This document shows positions 53,601-64,000 of a stretch of 64,000 bases of DNA, one piece after another. Position numbers and translations under genes: made by a program. Every line of letters starts with the position of its first letter. Position 1 is the first letter of the stretch. Below the pieces are notes generated by a model, which worked only from the letters and a program-made list of their open reading frames with translations, was not told where the DNA came from and searched no databases. Where the stretch lies: contig CM120647.1 of NCBI GenBank assembly GCA_051362555.1, positions 20,436,651 to 20,500,650 on the forward strand. Reading direction: 5' to 3'. Origin of the DNA: Lingula anatina (lineage: Eukaryota > Animalia > Brachiopoda).

Positions 53601-54416
53601 GTACTGAATGGGTCCTCTCGTGCTAAGGCGCCCCTACCGGCCGATGGGAACTGGCACCTCTGGTGTGTGGTGTGGAGTGGTGCCAAGAGAGAGGTTAACA
53701 TCTACAGGGATGGTCTCCACGCGCTGAGTCAACGTGTTAAGGTTTCACGTATACCTGGAGGTAAAATGGCATGATAATTTGGATAGTATGGAAATATAAT
53801 TTCTACTTGCTGTAGTCTCTTATCTTTCCATCACATCAATATGAGAAACCAGGACAGCATGTTAAAAAAACTTCACTGTAAACACTGAAATGTCTAAACA
53901 ATTCACGGGGTTGCTTTTGGTGATCATGTCATAGTATAATAACGACTATTATTCTTTTCAAATTTTTTATATCAGTTGATATGACCCATGATCTGGCATA
54001 GTGTCAAAATGCTTTGATATTCCTTACTCTAATTTAGGACCCATCAACGGATCGAGTCCTTCGATCTGACGAATGCAGTATATATAACTTCTGTGAATAT
54101 GTAATTTTTACATAACATTATTGTTTAAACTTGTTATGATTACTTAAGTCTTGATTTTAAATTTGTTTCATTCTAATACACAATTCCAGGTGGTAAATGG
54201 GTTGTTGGACACACTCAATGTGAGGCAAGTCCTGATACTCTTCCTAAGCATCCATCATTCGTTGGATTCATCGGCGGTGTCAACGTCTGGGACCATGATA
54301 AAGTTGACATCCCCGGCCTGGCAATATGTGCCAACACTAACGAGGGGAGTCTCATATCCTGGGATACTGTCACCAAGACTAACTTCAAGGTCGCAAAATA
54401 TGAGGAACATTGTTAA
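50688..54416 (+). CDS. Secreted short pentraxin-like protein, copy 9 (exons 50688-50757, 53371-53760, 54190-54416; 228 aa)
   Basis: Leader MYGRPLLAALVWISCIDSGISFS G|gtaaat; open frame; signature reads WHLWCVVWSG. Confidence 0.88.
51910..52469 (+). repeat. 43-bp minisatellite, 13 copies
   Basis: Unit ctttaagggcacagactagaatatttaggttaattatgccttt with variants. Confidence 0.92.
52935..53280 (-). mobile_element. Degraded RTE LINE fragment in copy 9 intron 1
   Basis: Minus strand reads FPVASYGAECWVFRKTDQK*ITSFELWCYRRLLRAIWVDRRITD*VLE...RKFRYLSHVAKSDGL. Confidence 0.75.
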
Positions 54417-55924
54417 AATGTTACCACTTCAATTAGTCTTCTGTAATATGAAATTGGTCAGTATATGGATCTTTATGGATCACCATTAAAGCATTAACTC
54501 TTCTTCCTTTTGCTTTGGGATTGTACTTCTAGATTGGAATGAACTACATTTTTAAGAATCGACATACCAAGTTAATAAAAATTTGCTGAAAGCGACCATA
54601 TGTATATGTGATCCTTTGTCAATTTTATAATTACTGGAATTTTATTTAAAAAACCATCCAGCATGTTTCTAACTAATACGTGAGCTATTCACACCTACAG
54701 TTGGTTTCCACATGACCTCATTTCGACATGAAAATCACGGAATAAGAGCTGAGAAAGAAACAAAATGCAACTCGCCACATCACATCTTAATCCATAAAAC
54801 TTAGCTCCTGCCATCAATTACAGAATGCAATGTTAAGAAATTTTAATGGCTGACATGCAACCAGCATTATATAGAGATACATAGATCTGAATATGTCAAA
54901 GGTAAATGCTACATAAAGTCTAAATTAACATACTTCTTTCCACCAGTTTAATTATATATCCCTTAAATCATATTCAAGTCACCATGATTATGAATTAAGG
55001 ATTCACCACAAATGTTTAACTCTGCTGTGCCTGTGAAGCTGAGCCGGTCTGATTCAAATATCGTTTTGTCCTGTTTTATTGTATTTACCCTTCTTCCCCT
55101 ATATCTGATATTACGGCATCCAAGTGCCTTACAAAATAGCAGCGCGTTTTTATTCAACTGCCCAATTGTTATCATAACGAGCAACCGTCCGTAGATCTAT
55201 TTGAATATCGTCACCAAAAATTGACTGATCAAAATTTTCTTATTAAATCTTTCCCTTTCTCACTATTAAAAATTGTTAATTTTTGTTGTTGATTTAAATT
55301 ATTGATATTGTAAAAAAAATTTAAGAAATATTTCGTGTTTTTAGAAAACAGTAAGGTTTTAGTAACAGAACCTCATGGGGTGATGAATAATATAACGAAA
55401 AGGAAAATTTTGCCTTTAGAGTAGGTAACTTCCTTGCACTTATATGTACCCGGTAGATAAGTAATTGACATACACACAACGAGTAAAAACATTTTGGCCA
55501 ATTTAGGCCTTTGTAAATAACACCTTATAAAACGATTCACAAGGAATTAGGTCTCGGATCATTGGAGAAAAGATATTTGTTTAGAGCCACAGACGGCAGT
55601 ATTTTGTTCTACTCTACATGTTTATCTTGGTTGATATTGGTGTTGCAACATGGAACATTTGTTCTTGAAGCGTTAATGCTGACCTATTGTATTGGTAGTC
55701 GATTTTTGTTTACAAGAAATTAAATAAAAGTAACTTTCCCAGCAAGATTATGATATGAACCCGCAAGTATTTGCTTTATTGGTTTATTGGATGTAGCGTT
55801 TAACATATTGCTGGTATTGTAGAATTATATAGCGAGAAAAGATATTTTGTATCTTTAGGCATCGTTCTTAGGTATCATAATGCAAAACGCACAAAAAAGC
55901 TAGGTGGTCGGTCGGAAACACTTT

Positions 55925-56148
55925 GGCTCCGTTCACATGACAAGTTTATTTTCTAAAAATCTATTTTCTATTCACGGTATCTTGTGATCACGGTCTGTGC
56001 CCTGAATACCCCGCAGCGTAATTACTGGCAGCGGGAGCCAGTTACTTCCAAAGCTGTAATTAATTCTCGGCTGCGCTTGGAGTGATCACAAGATACCGCG
56101 AATAGAAAATAGATTTTGAGAAAATAGATTTTTCATGTAAACGGAGCC
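55925..56148. mobile_element. MITE with about 65-bp TIRs
   Basis: ggctccgttcacatga...cggtatcttgtgatcac / gtgatcacaagataccg...tcatgtaaacggagcc, flanked by ttt. Confidence 0.75.
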
Positions 56149-57142
56149 TTTTTTCATTTGCTTTTTTTTTATCTAACTCCCATGGCTGATGTGCAACTTC
56201 CCACATCACATCTTAATAAATAAAAAATAATAATTATCTTCATTCATTACAGATTGCCATGTAAATACAAATACATAGGTCTGAATATGTTAAAGTTTAA
56301 TGCTAGATAAATTCTAAATTAACATACTATTATATCTGAATGCATCCTTAAATCTGATTCATATCACCTTGACTGTTAATTAAGGGTTCACTGTTAATTA
56401 AGGGTTTTGTCCTGTTGTATTGTATTTCCTCTTCTTCCCCTATTTCTGATATTATGGCACCCAGGTGCCTCACTAGATTGCGGCATCCCTCGGTTTTTAA
56501 TCAACTATCCAAGTGTCTGTTTGAATATCGTCCCTGTACACTGACCAATCAGAATGTTCTCGTTTAACTTCCCTCTTTCTCACTATTAAAAATATCAATT
56601 TTTTGTCGTTGATTTATAATATTTATATAGTAAAAAATAAACATTTCGAGTTTTTAGAAAACAGTTAGTAGGATATAAATAGCAGAACAAGGGGTAGTGA
56701 ATAAAAAACGATAAGCGCACTTTTGCTCTAAAAGTGTTTGATTTCATAGCACTAATACGTAACTAAGTAATTGACATAAAAGAGAGGAGAAAAAAGCTTT
56801 ATGGCCAATTTATTTTGGCAATTAGGTTTTTTAACAAATCTATCTATCATAAAAATGAATTTATATTTAAGCCCTTTACAACTCACGGCTTTTTGCGTTG
56901 CATAGCATTGTAATCAGTTGTAGTAACTCAGATATATTTTGTTAGATAGCTTTACATAAAGAAGTAAAGCGCCGCCCGCATACAAAACGCAGTGTGCTTT
57001 TTATCCCAAGCCTCGTTTTGAAAGACACAAAATGAACCAAATGGAAATAAATTAAATTCGCCTCAGATCATCAGAGAAACAAGCATTTGTTAACACTGCA
57101 GCATATTGGTATACTGTCTCTGTTTCTGTTAGGGACACTATC

Positions 57143-58935
57143 ATGTTTGGATATCCACTGCTTGCAGCGTTAGTCTGGATTTCTTGTATTGACAATGGAG
57201 TCTTAACTGAAGGTAAATATGTGAATGCAATATGTATGGTATAAGTGTAATTGCTGCTTTCCCATTAGGGTACGTTATTACAAGGGGGTTGAACTCCATT
57301 GTACGTTGAGTGCATTGATAACCCTGAATTTTTGTCTTTTTCACACAAGTTTCCTCAATATAGATATATAGATATATAAATAGATGGTATTACATCGGTA
57401 TTGTTCAAATGATACGTGTCTGAGCATGAACAATCAGTCTCGCTAGGCACATATTTTAATATCACCATCAACAACACTGGCCTTTGGCGTACCACAAGGC
57501 TCTGAGATTTACGTCAGGCCACCAGATGTGATAACATCTATCCAGAAATGTATAAGTCAGTTGAGTCTATGGCTTAACGCCAATTCACTATTTTTTTAAT
57601 GATGGCAAAACAGAAGTCAGTTCACTTTTTCTCTCGTTTTTCTCAAGATGCCGAACTATTAAAAGTCGGAAACAGCATGGTCACGGTAAAAGATAAGGTT
57701 AAAAACCTAAGAGTATTTTTATAACAGGTGCGATATGGCCGTCGACATCAGTAAAATATCCAGAGCCGTTTCCTATGGTCTTTAAAAATTTCCAAACTAT
57801 CCCATACCCTAGACAATTGTCAAATAGAGAGGCTTGCCCATACCTTCATAACATCAATATCTTGACTACGGAAACAGTCTACATTATGGTCTTTCTCTGT
57901 TCCAAGTTCCAAATACTAAGATATTAAAAGGAGCTGCCCTGAGCGGCCCCATAATATGTAGGTATTTTTTTCCAAAAAAAATAAGTAAATTTATGTTTTT
58001 CAATTATTTCATGTGTTTTAGCTGATTTTAAAGGGAGATGTTCATATTGGTTAGAATAACAGGTGTATACATAATATTTGAATTTCAATATAGCTGAATG
58101 TACAGTGGCCAGCATTAAATGAATGACACTATGAGCGGGTAGTATTATAGTAGTGCTATAGTGTTAGCTCGTGAAACAACTGATGTAGAAAGAATTTGGC
58201 TGAACAGAAAATGTTTGGTGCTTACTGGTATGACCATAAAATGGATTAAACACATTAAAGGAGGAGGAGAGGGAGGAGGAAATAGGTGGAGAAGGAGGAA
58301 GCACTACTATAATACTACCCGCTCATAGTGTCATTCATTTAATGCTGACCACTGTACATTCAGCTACATTGGAATTCAAATATTATGTATACACCTGTTA
58401 TTCTAACCAGTATAATCATCTCCCTTTAAAATAAGCTAAAACACATAAAATAAATGAAAAACATAAATTTACTTTATTTTCTGGGAAAAATCCCTATATA
58501 TTTAGAGGGCAGCTCAGGGCCGCTTCTTTTTAGTAAGTCTCCCGTTCATGTATTACTACTGACTACTGACCAAATCCCCTCTCAGATCAAACATTTCACC
58601 TATCTTATTTCAACTACATTGGCTTCCAGTACGAGAGAATTGTTTTTAAAATACTGCTGTTTGTTTTTAAATTCACCAGAATGCCCTTCATATTTTAATA
58701 TTCTGCTACATCCAAGCTCAGCCAATCCTACCAGGTCCACCAGATCCACCTCTACTCTTTGTTTTACCAGGATTGACAAAGAAATACAAAACCTACGGCC
58801 ACAGGGCATTTTCAATTGCAGCACCCATTTTATGGAATGAACTACCCTCATGCATTCGGACAATAGATAGTGTTAAGGTTCTTGAATAATTACATGTAAT
58901 TCTGTTATTTTTATTTGTAAACAGCATTGAGAATA

Positions 58936-58993
<58 letters not shown>

Positions 58994-61521
58994 AAATAAT
59001 ATGTGAACCGAATGACTGTGTACATATCTTGTCTTTCTTCGACCCAAATAAGCCCATGAAATATAGCACAGTGCTGAGCTTATTTATTACCCGATTAGGC
59101 CGATTTTCGTGTGCATTGAAATGCTTCTTTGTAAACAATGCAAAAATAAATGAAAGTAACTTCCCCAACAAAATTACGACATAAACCCGCATGCATTTGC
59201 TTTATTGGATATATTGTTTAACATCTTGCTGGTATTGTAGAAATATATGAGGGAGAAAAAATATATTTTGTATTATAGACATCGTTCTTAGATATCATAT
59301 TACAAAATGCACAAAAGGGTAGGAGGAGTGTCGCAGACTGTTATCATTATTTTGGTTCCTCTTGTTGTTTGCGTGTCTGTGTATGCAGTTGTGTGTGCAC
59401 GTGAGTGAATATCCACGCTTCTTACTGACCATACCAAAAATGACAATTAAGGTCCCCCATATACAGGTACAAGTAGTACGTACACCATGTACAGGACTAC
59501 GTACTGAGCAATAAGTTGAGTAAATTGTGTGTGTGAAATATATTTTGAATTGAGAGAATATGGGAGGAGACACGATGGAACATCTGATATTGCGTGGTCG
59601 GCCATATCGGAAGGGCTGTCATAAAAAAGATGAAAACATAAATGCACTTAAAACCAGAACTTTGTCATTTTAGGCCCGTATTCCAGAATCTCCCTTTAAC
59701 GTTAAGGGAGACTTAAAGTCGACCTTGTGCGAAATTTTTATGCCAAGACCTTTCTTTATCTCACTTGAAAGGAATCACTTTTAAGTTGTTAAAACAATCA
59801 TCCTTAGCAAACGAATCGATCATTTCTAGAATCTGCCTTTGCTTAAAGATTCCCTTTCTTTTCGCCTGAGAAGTCCTTAAAATGTAAGGTTGGTCTGAAG
59901 TAACTTTTAGTCTTCCTTAAGCAGCCATCCTGTAAAGTTGATTGCAATTTAGCAAGAATCCCTTTGGAGATAGATCGATTCACAGTTAGTACGATAGGGT
60001 TTGGTAATGGTCCCTAACAGATCGGTTAAAAACGTCCCATGAAGGTGCTACTGGTATTTTACTAGAATGTATTGCTTGTCTTCTGAGGGGGAGTTAATGT
60101 GAAAGCTGCAACCGTTACATGTTTGACACATATATAATCTTTGCGACATTTTAGTCGGTTTTCAATTATCAAGTGGTTGCTGACAGGTTGTTTGGCACTC
60201 GGCAAATGGTGTACGACTGGTAACCTGTAACTTGAATGTGGTATTAAAGATGTTGCATGTATTATAATGCAACCTTGTTGCAACTGGTTTGTGACTGTTT
60301 GCCTATCAAAATATTTTGAAGCTTCTCATTCATCTCAAAATGTAATGGCAACCGACCGCCAGATTATGGTGTTGCTAGTGCAGTGTGACCTAGGCTTTAC
60401 TATCTTCGTTCTGCTGTTGTTGCAGTGATCTTGCCCTACAGACCAGTGTTCCTTTTTAAATTTCAGGTGGTAATCGCGTTCTGCATTTCCCTGAGCCAGA
60501 TAACACCCTATCATGGTCACTACTGCACACAAATACCCCGGATTTAAATGCCTTCACAGCCTGCGTATGGATCAAAACCATCCGCACCACAAGTGGCCCC
60601 ATTCTATCCTATGGCTCAGAGAATTGTTGCCAGTGTATTGAACTTGGATACAACCCCGTTGGTCACGGCTACTCGGTTGTTTTGAAAGGCAGTGACGTAC
60701 TGAATGGGTCCTCTCGTGCTAAAGCGCCCCTACCGGCCGATGGGAACTGGCACCACTGGTGTGTGGTGTGGAGTGGTGCCAAGAGAGAGGTTAATATCTA
60801 CAGGGATGGTCTCCATGCGCTGAGTCAACGTGTTAAGGTTTCACGTATACCTGGAGGTAAAATGGCATGATAATTTGGATAGTATGGAAATATATATTTC
60901 TATTTGCTGTAGTATCTTATCTTTCCAGCATATCAATATGAGCAACCAGGGTACAGCATGTTAAAAACTTTTAAAACTGTTAACGGCGTATACATTTCTT
61001 CATTGAAATGCCTAAGCAATTTAAGGAGTTGCTTTAACTGTCCAAGTTCTAGTTCTTATTTGTAAAATGTCGACCAGAATTTTTTCAAAAATTCTATATC
61101 AATCATTTGACATGACCTAATCTGGTGTGAAAATAATAATATTCCGTATTTAACGGAGTTCTTAGAGCTGACGAATGCAGCATTTTACACTTTTGTGAAT
61201 ATGTTATTTTTACATAACATAATTGTTTAAACTTAATGGTGTGAATAATAAAGTCTTGATTTAAATTGTGTTTCACTCTATTACACAATTCCAGGTGGTA
61301 AATGGGTTGTTGGACACACTCAATGTGAGGCAAGTCCTGATACTCTTCCTAAACATCCATCATTTGTGGGATTCGTCGGAGGCGTCAACGTCTGGGACCA
61401 TGATAACATCGACATCCCCGGCCTGGCAATATGTGCCAATACTAACGAGGGGAGTCTCATTTCCTGGGATACTGTCACCAAGACTAACTTCAAGGTCGCA
61501 ACATATGAGCAACATTGCTAA
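57143..61521 (+). CDS. Secreted short pentraxin-like protein, copy 10 (exons 57143-57212, 60467-60856, 61295-61521; 228 aa)
   Basis: Leader MFGYPLLAALVWISCIDNGVLTE G|gtaaat; open frame; loop reads SENCCQC; ends YEQHC-TAA. Confidence 0.9.
57920..58535. mobile_element. Foldback element with about 240-bp inverted arms, nested in the L2/CR1 remnant of copy 10
   Basis: Arms about 57920-58157 and 58300-58535 are reverse complements (e.g. cattaaatgaatgacactatgagcgggtagtattatagtagtgct); absent from copies 1 and 3. Confidence 0.8.
58936..58991 (+). repeat. (TAT)n microsatellite
   Basis: Direct reading; a shorter version lies at the paralogous site near 2143-2164. Confidence 0.95.
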
Positions 61522-63173
61522 AATGTTACTGTTTTCAATGAGTTTTCTCTAATGTGACATCGAGTATTTCAATGTCCATTTAAAATTAATTAATATTTGA
61601 TTTAAATTGAGTCTTGGATACAGTAATTTATACAATATCGAGGCAGAATCCTTTATGGATCACCATTTAACCATTAACACGTCTTACTAAAATTGTTTTG
61701 AAAATGGAATTTAGAAATCAATCAAGGCTTATAATTATCATGTTAGCAATAAAGAAATGTTGAAAGCGACAATATAGATTAGAGGTGTTTATGGCAATCT
61801 CATAACTACCAGAATTTTATAAAAATTCCGTAAACGTCTTGTTTGTTTCTAAACTAATATGAAGCTTTTAACACCTACAGTTGTTTTGCACATGACGTTA
61901 TGATTGAGTCCACCTGTTCAGGCGGCAAGTTCGCCCCATGAGACAGAAAAAAATCGGAAAGTCGCGTTGAAGCCTTGAGGTAATGATACCCATATCATCA
62001 TTTCCGCTTGCCATTGATTTCAAACAAGAATATCACAGAATCAGGATTAGGAAGAAAAACATAATGAAAGTGTGCCATAGGTTTAAATGCAACCCAGGTC
62101 CTGAGCCGTTCGCGGCATGTTGTAATTCATCATACTTCTATATTGTGGACTGTGGACCAATTAGTTTTAAAGGACACAAGACTTGTCTATTCTATAGATT
62201 TTGCCGTTTTTCGATGCTTCCACTGAAAAATTTAAAAATCAAAGAGAACGTGTACGTAACAAAATTTTCTGCCGTCATCAGTTAATGAAAGTTGCCGCGA
62301 ACCTTTCTTCATAATTCGCATCAATGGTCTTTTATTCATCAGATTGCATCAGTTAATTACTGCAAATGTTGGTTCATTATTATGGCCTCTCAGGACAAAA
62401 CAGAATCGTTTTTTTAATCCCATCAAAACAAATGTTTTCCTGTGTTTTAACACATGTCAAAGCTTTTTTTGTCCATGTGGGATTTTTGCTAAGCATCAAT
62501 ATCAGCGCGTGCTTGATCACCATTTTGACATTCTTACATGCTTTGCCTTGGTACGCCACTTCATATCAAATCTTAAACACTTTACACAGCAGAAAATTCA
62601 ATCCAGTTAAAGCGCAGTAGACCTCAGACTGTTTTCGAAGAAATGAAGCAAGAGCTCTGTGAATTTCATCTATACGGTAACCTTGGCAAATATACATGGT
62701 CTCCAGAACAAACCACGACCTTGAAATTTTACAATCAGCACAAAGAAATCAGGGTCATGTACTTTCAACTGAATGTACTTTCACAACTAACACATTCTTA
62801 GTTTTCCCTTTGGTTATAATTTTAACTTTTTACGTGCATTGGTAACTGTACTGTTAAAGGGATCTACTATGATGTTTTTAACTTTTTAAGATCTTTTATG
62901 GCTAATCGGTTTATACCCTGCCATGGAGTCTTTATAAAGACTAGTAGAAGTAGTTTATATGCATCAATAGGAAGCTGCACTCGCTTCATAGGTATCTTTA
63001 AAATTACAAAAAGACGCGTGCATAACAAAGGCAATATGTGCTTTTTACCCACGTCTCGTTTTGAAACATCAAACTGGGAGACCCGCATAGTTTGACCTCA
63101 GATCATGGGAGGAACAAGCATATGTTTAGAGTCAGCCTTTAGTAGGCCCTCCCTCTTTATCGAGAGAGACACC

Positions 63174-63249
63174 ATGTTTGGACATTTCCTGTTGACAGCG
63201 TTGACCTTGTCTTATTGTATTGGCAGCAGATCAGCAATCCCAGAGACAG
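63174..63249 (+). CDS. Leader (signal peptide) exon of copy 11; the remainder lies beyond the window
   Basis: gacaccATG MFGHFLLTALTLSYCIGSRSAIPET G|gtattt; upstream and downstream flanks resemble those of copies 6 and 2. Confidence 0.8.
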
Positions 63250-63944
63250 GTATTTAGAATGACTTATAGAACTATTATTTTCAAGGTTCCGGACAGATGT
63301 ATCATATATTCATAGTGCATAGTGAATAATAATCATCATAAAACAGAATGCACATTAAGTTTCGCCACGAAAAAAATTAAGAGACACTGGCTGCAATATT
63401 TCCCTTTTCGTCTTGAAAAACCCTATCAGCTTTGAAGCTTAAAATGGTTACAGAGTTTATTGTGGCTGGCTGTATTGGTAGTGTATCTTCATTTTCAGGG
63501 TAATCACTGATACTGTGTCCCCCAAGTCGTAACCCGCATTTATTTGCTCTGTTAGATGTAGCGTCTAAGACTATACTGGTATTGTATTTATACGTGCACG
63601 CAAAGACAATATGCATCATAAATGTACATATATCCACATTGACAAAGCCTTTGAAGGAACAGCTATAATTAACTCATGACTGAGCATAAAAGTACTGATA
63701 TCTGAAACTAAATAACTATTTAAAGTGAAGCTCTAAAAAGTTTTATACGTGGTTCATGCGACACAGTAACGAAAAGCATGCATTTAAGAAACGATTGGCC
63801 TGGTGTCACCGATTCAACAGCGATCATTCAAATTTTCAGGCCAGTGTGAAAGTAACGGGGGACATGTTTTTCCTGCGGACATGCATTACGGGGGACCTTC
63901 GTCCCGTTCACAGCGATCTTGATATCTATGACGGTGTTAATTTG

Positions 63945-63947
<3 letters not shown>

Positions 63948-64000
<53 letters not shown>
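63948..64000 (+). repeat. (TA)n microsatellite (another at about 45776-45816)
   Basis: Direct reading. Confidence 0.95.

Noticed and set aside
1-64000. tRNA, rRNA, prokaryotic operons, gene symbols such as CRP or APCS
   Set aside because: No RNA genes or operons recognised; orthology to vertebrate pentraxins cannot be claimed from motif similarity

Overview
AT-rich eukaryotic (invertebrate-like animal) genomic DNA; most ORF-track entries are spurious. The window is a head-to-tail tandem array, all on the + strand, of three-exon genes encoding small secreted short-pentraxin (CRP/SAP-fold) proteins of about 228-229 aa. Structure: a 70-76 nt signal-peptide exon, a 387-390 nt exon 2 and a 227 nt exon 3, with both introns phase 1. 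By hand splicing I count 7 apparently intact copies, 3 pseudogenes or fragments, several extra or orphan leader exons, and evidence that the array continues past both window edges. The proteins keep the pentraxin core motifs but lack the canonical Ca2+/phosphocholine ligands, which are replaced by Cys/His-rich loops. Copies are mosaics of two leader types and two exon-3 types. Introns and spacers contain a 5'-truncated LINE, RTE and CR1/L2 fragments, a Tc1/mariner copy, TTAA-targeting (Kolobok-like) elements, MITEs, a 43-bp minisatellite and a long palindrome. Species cannot be determined from this window.
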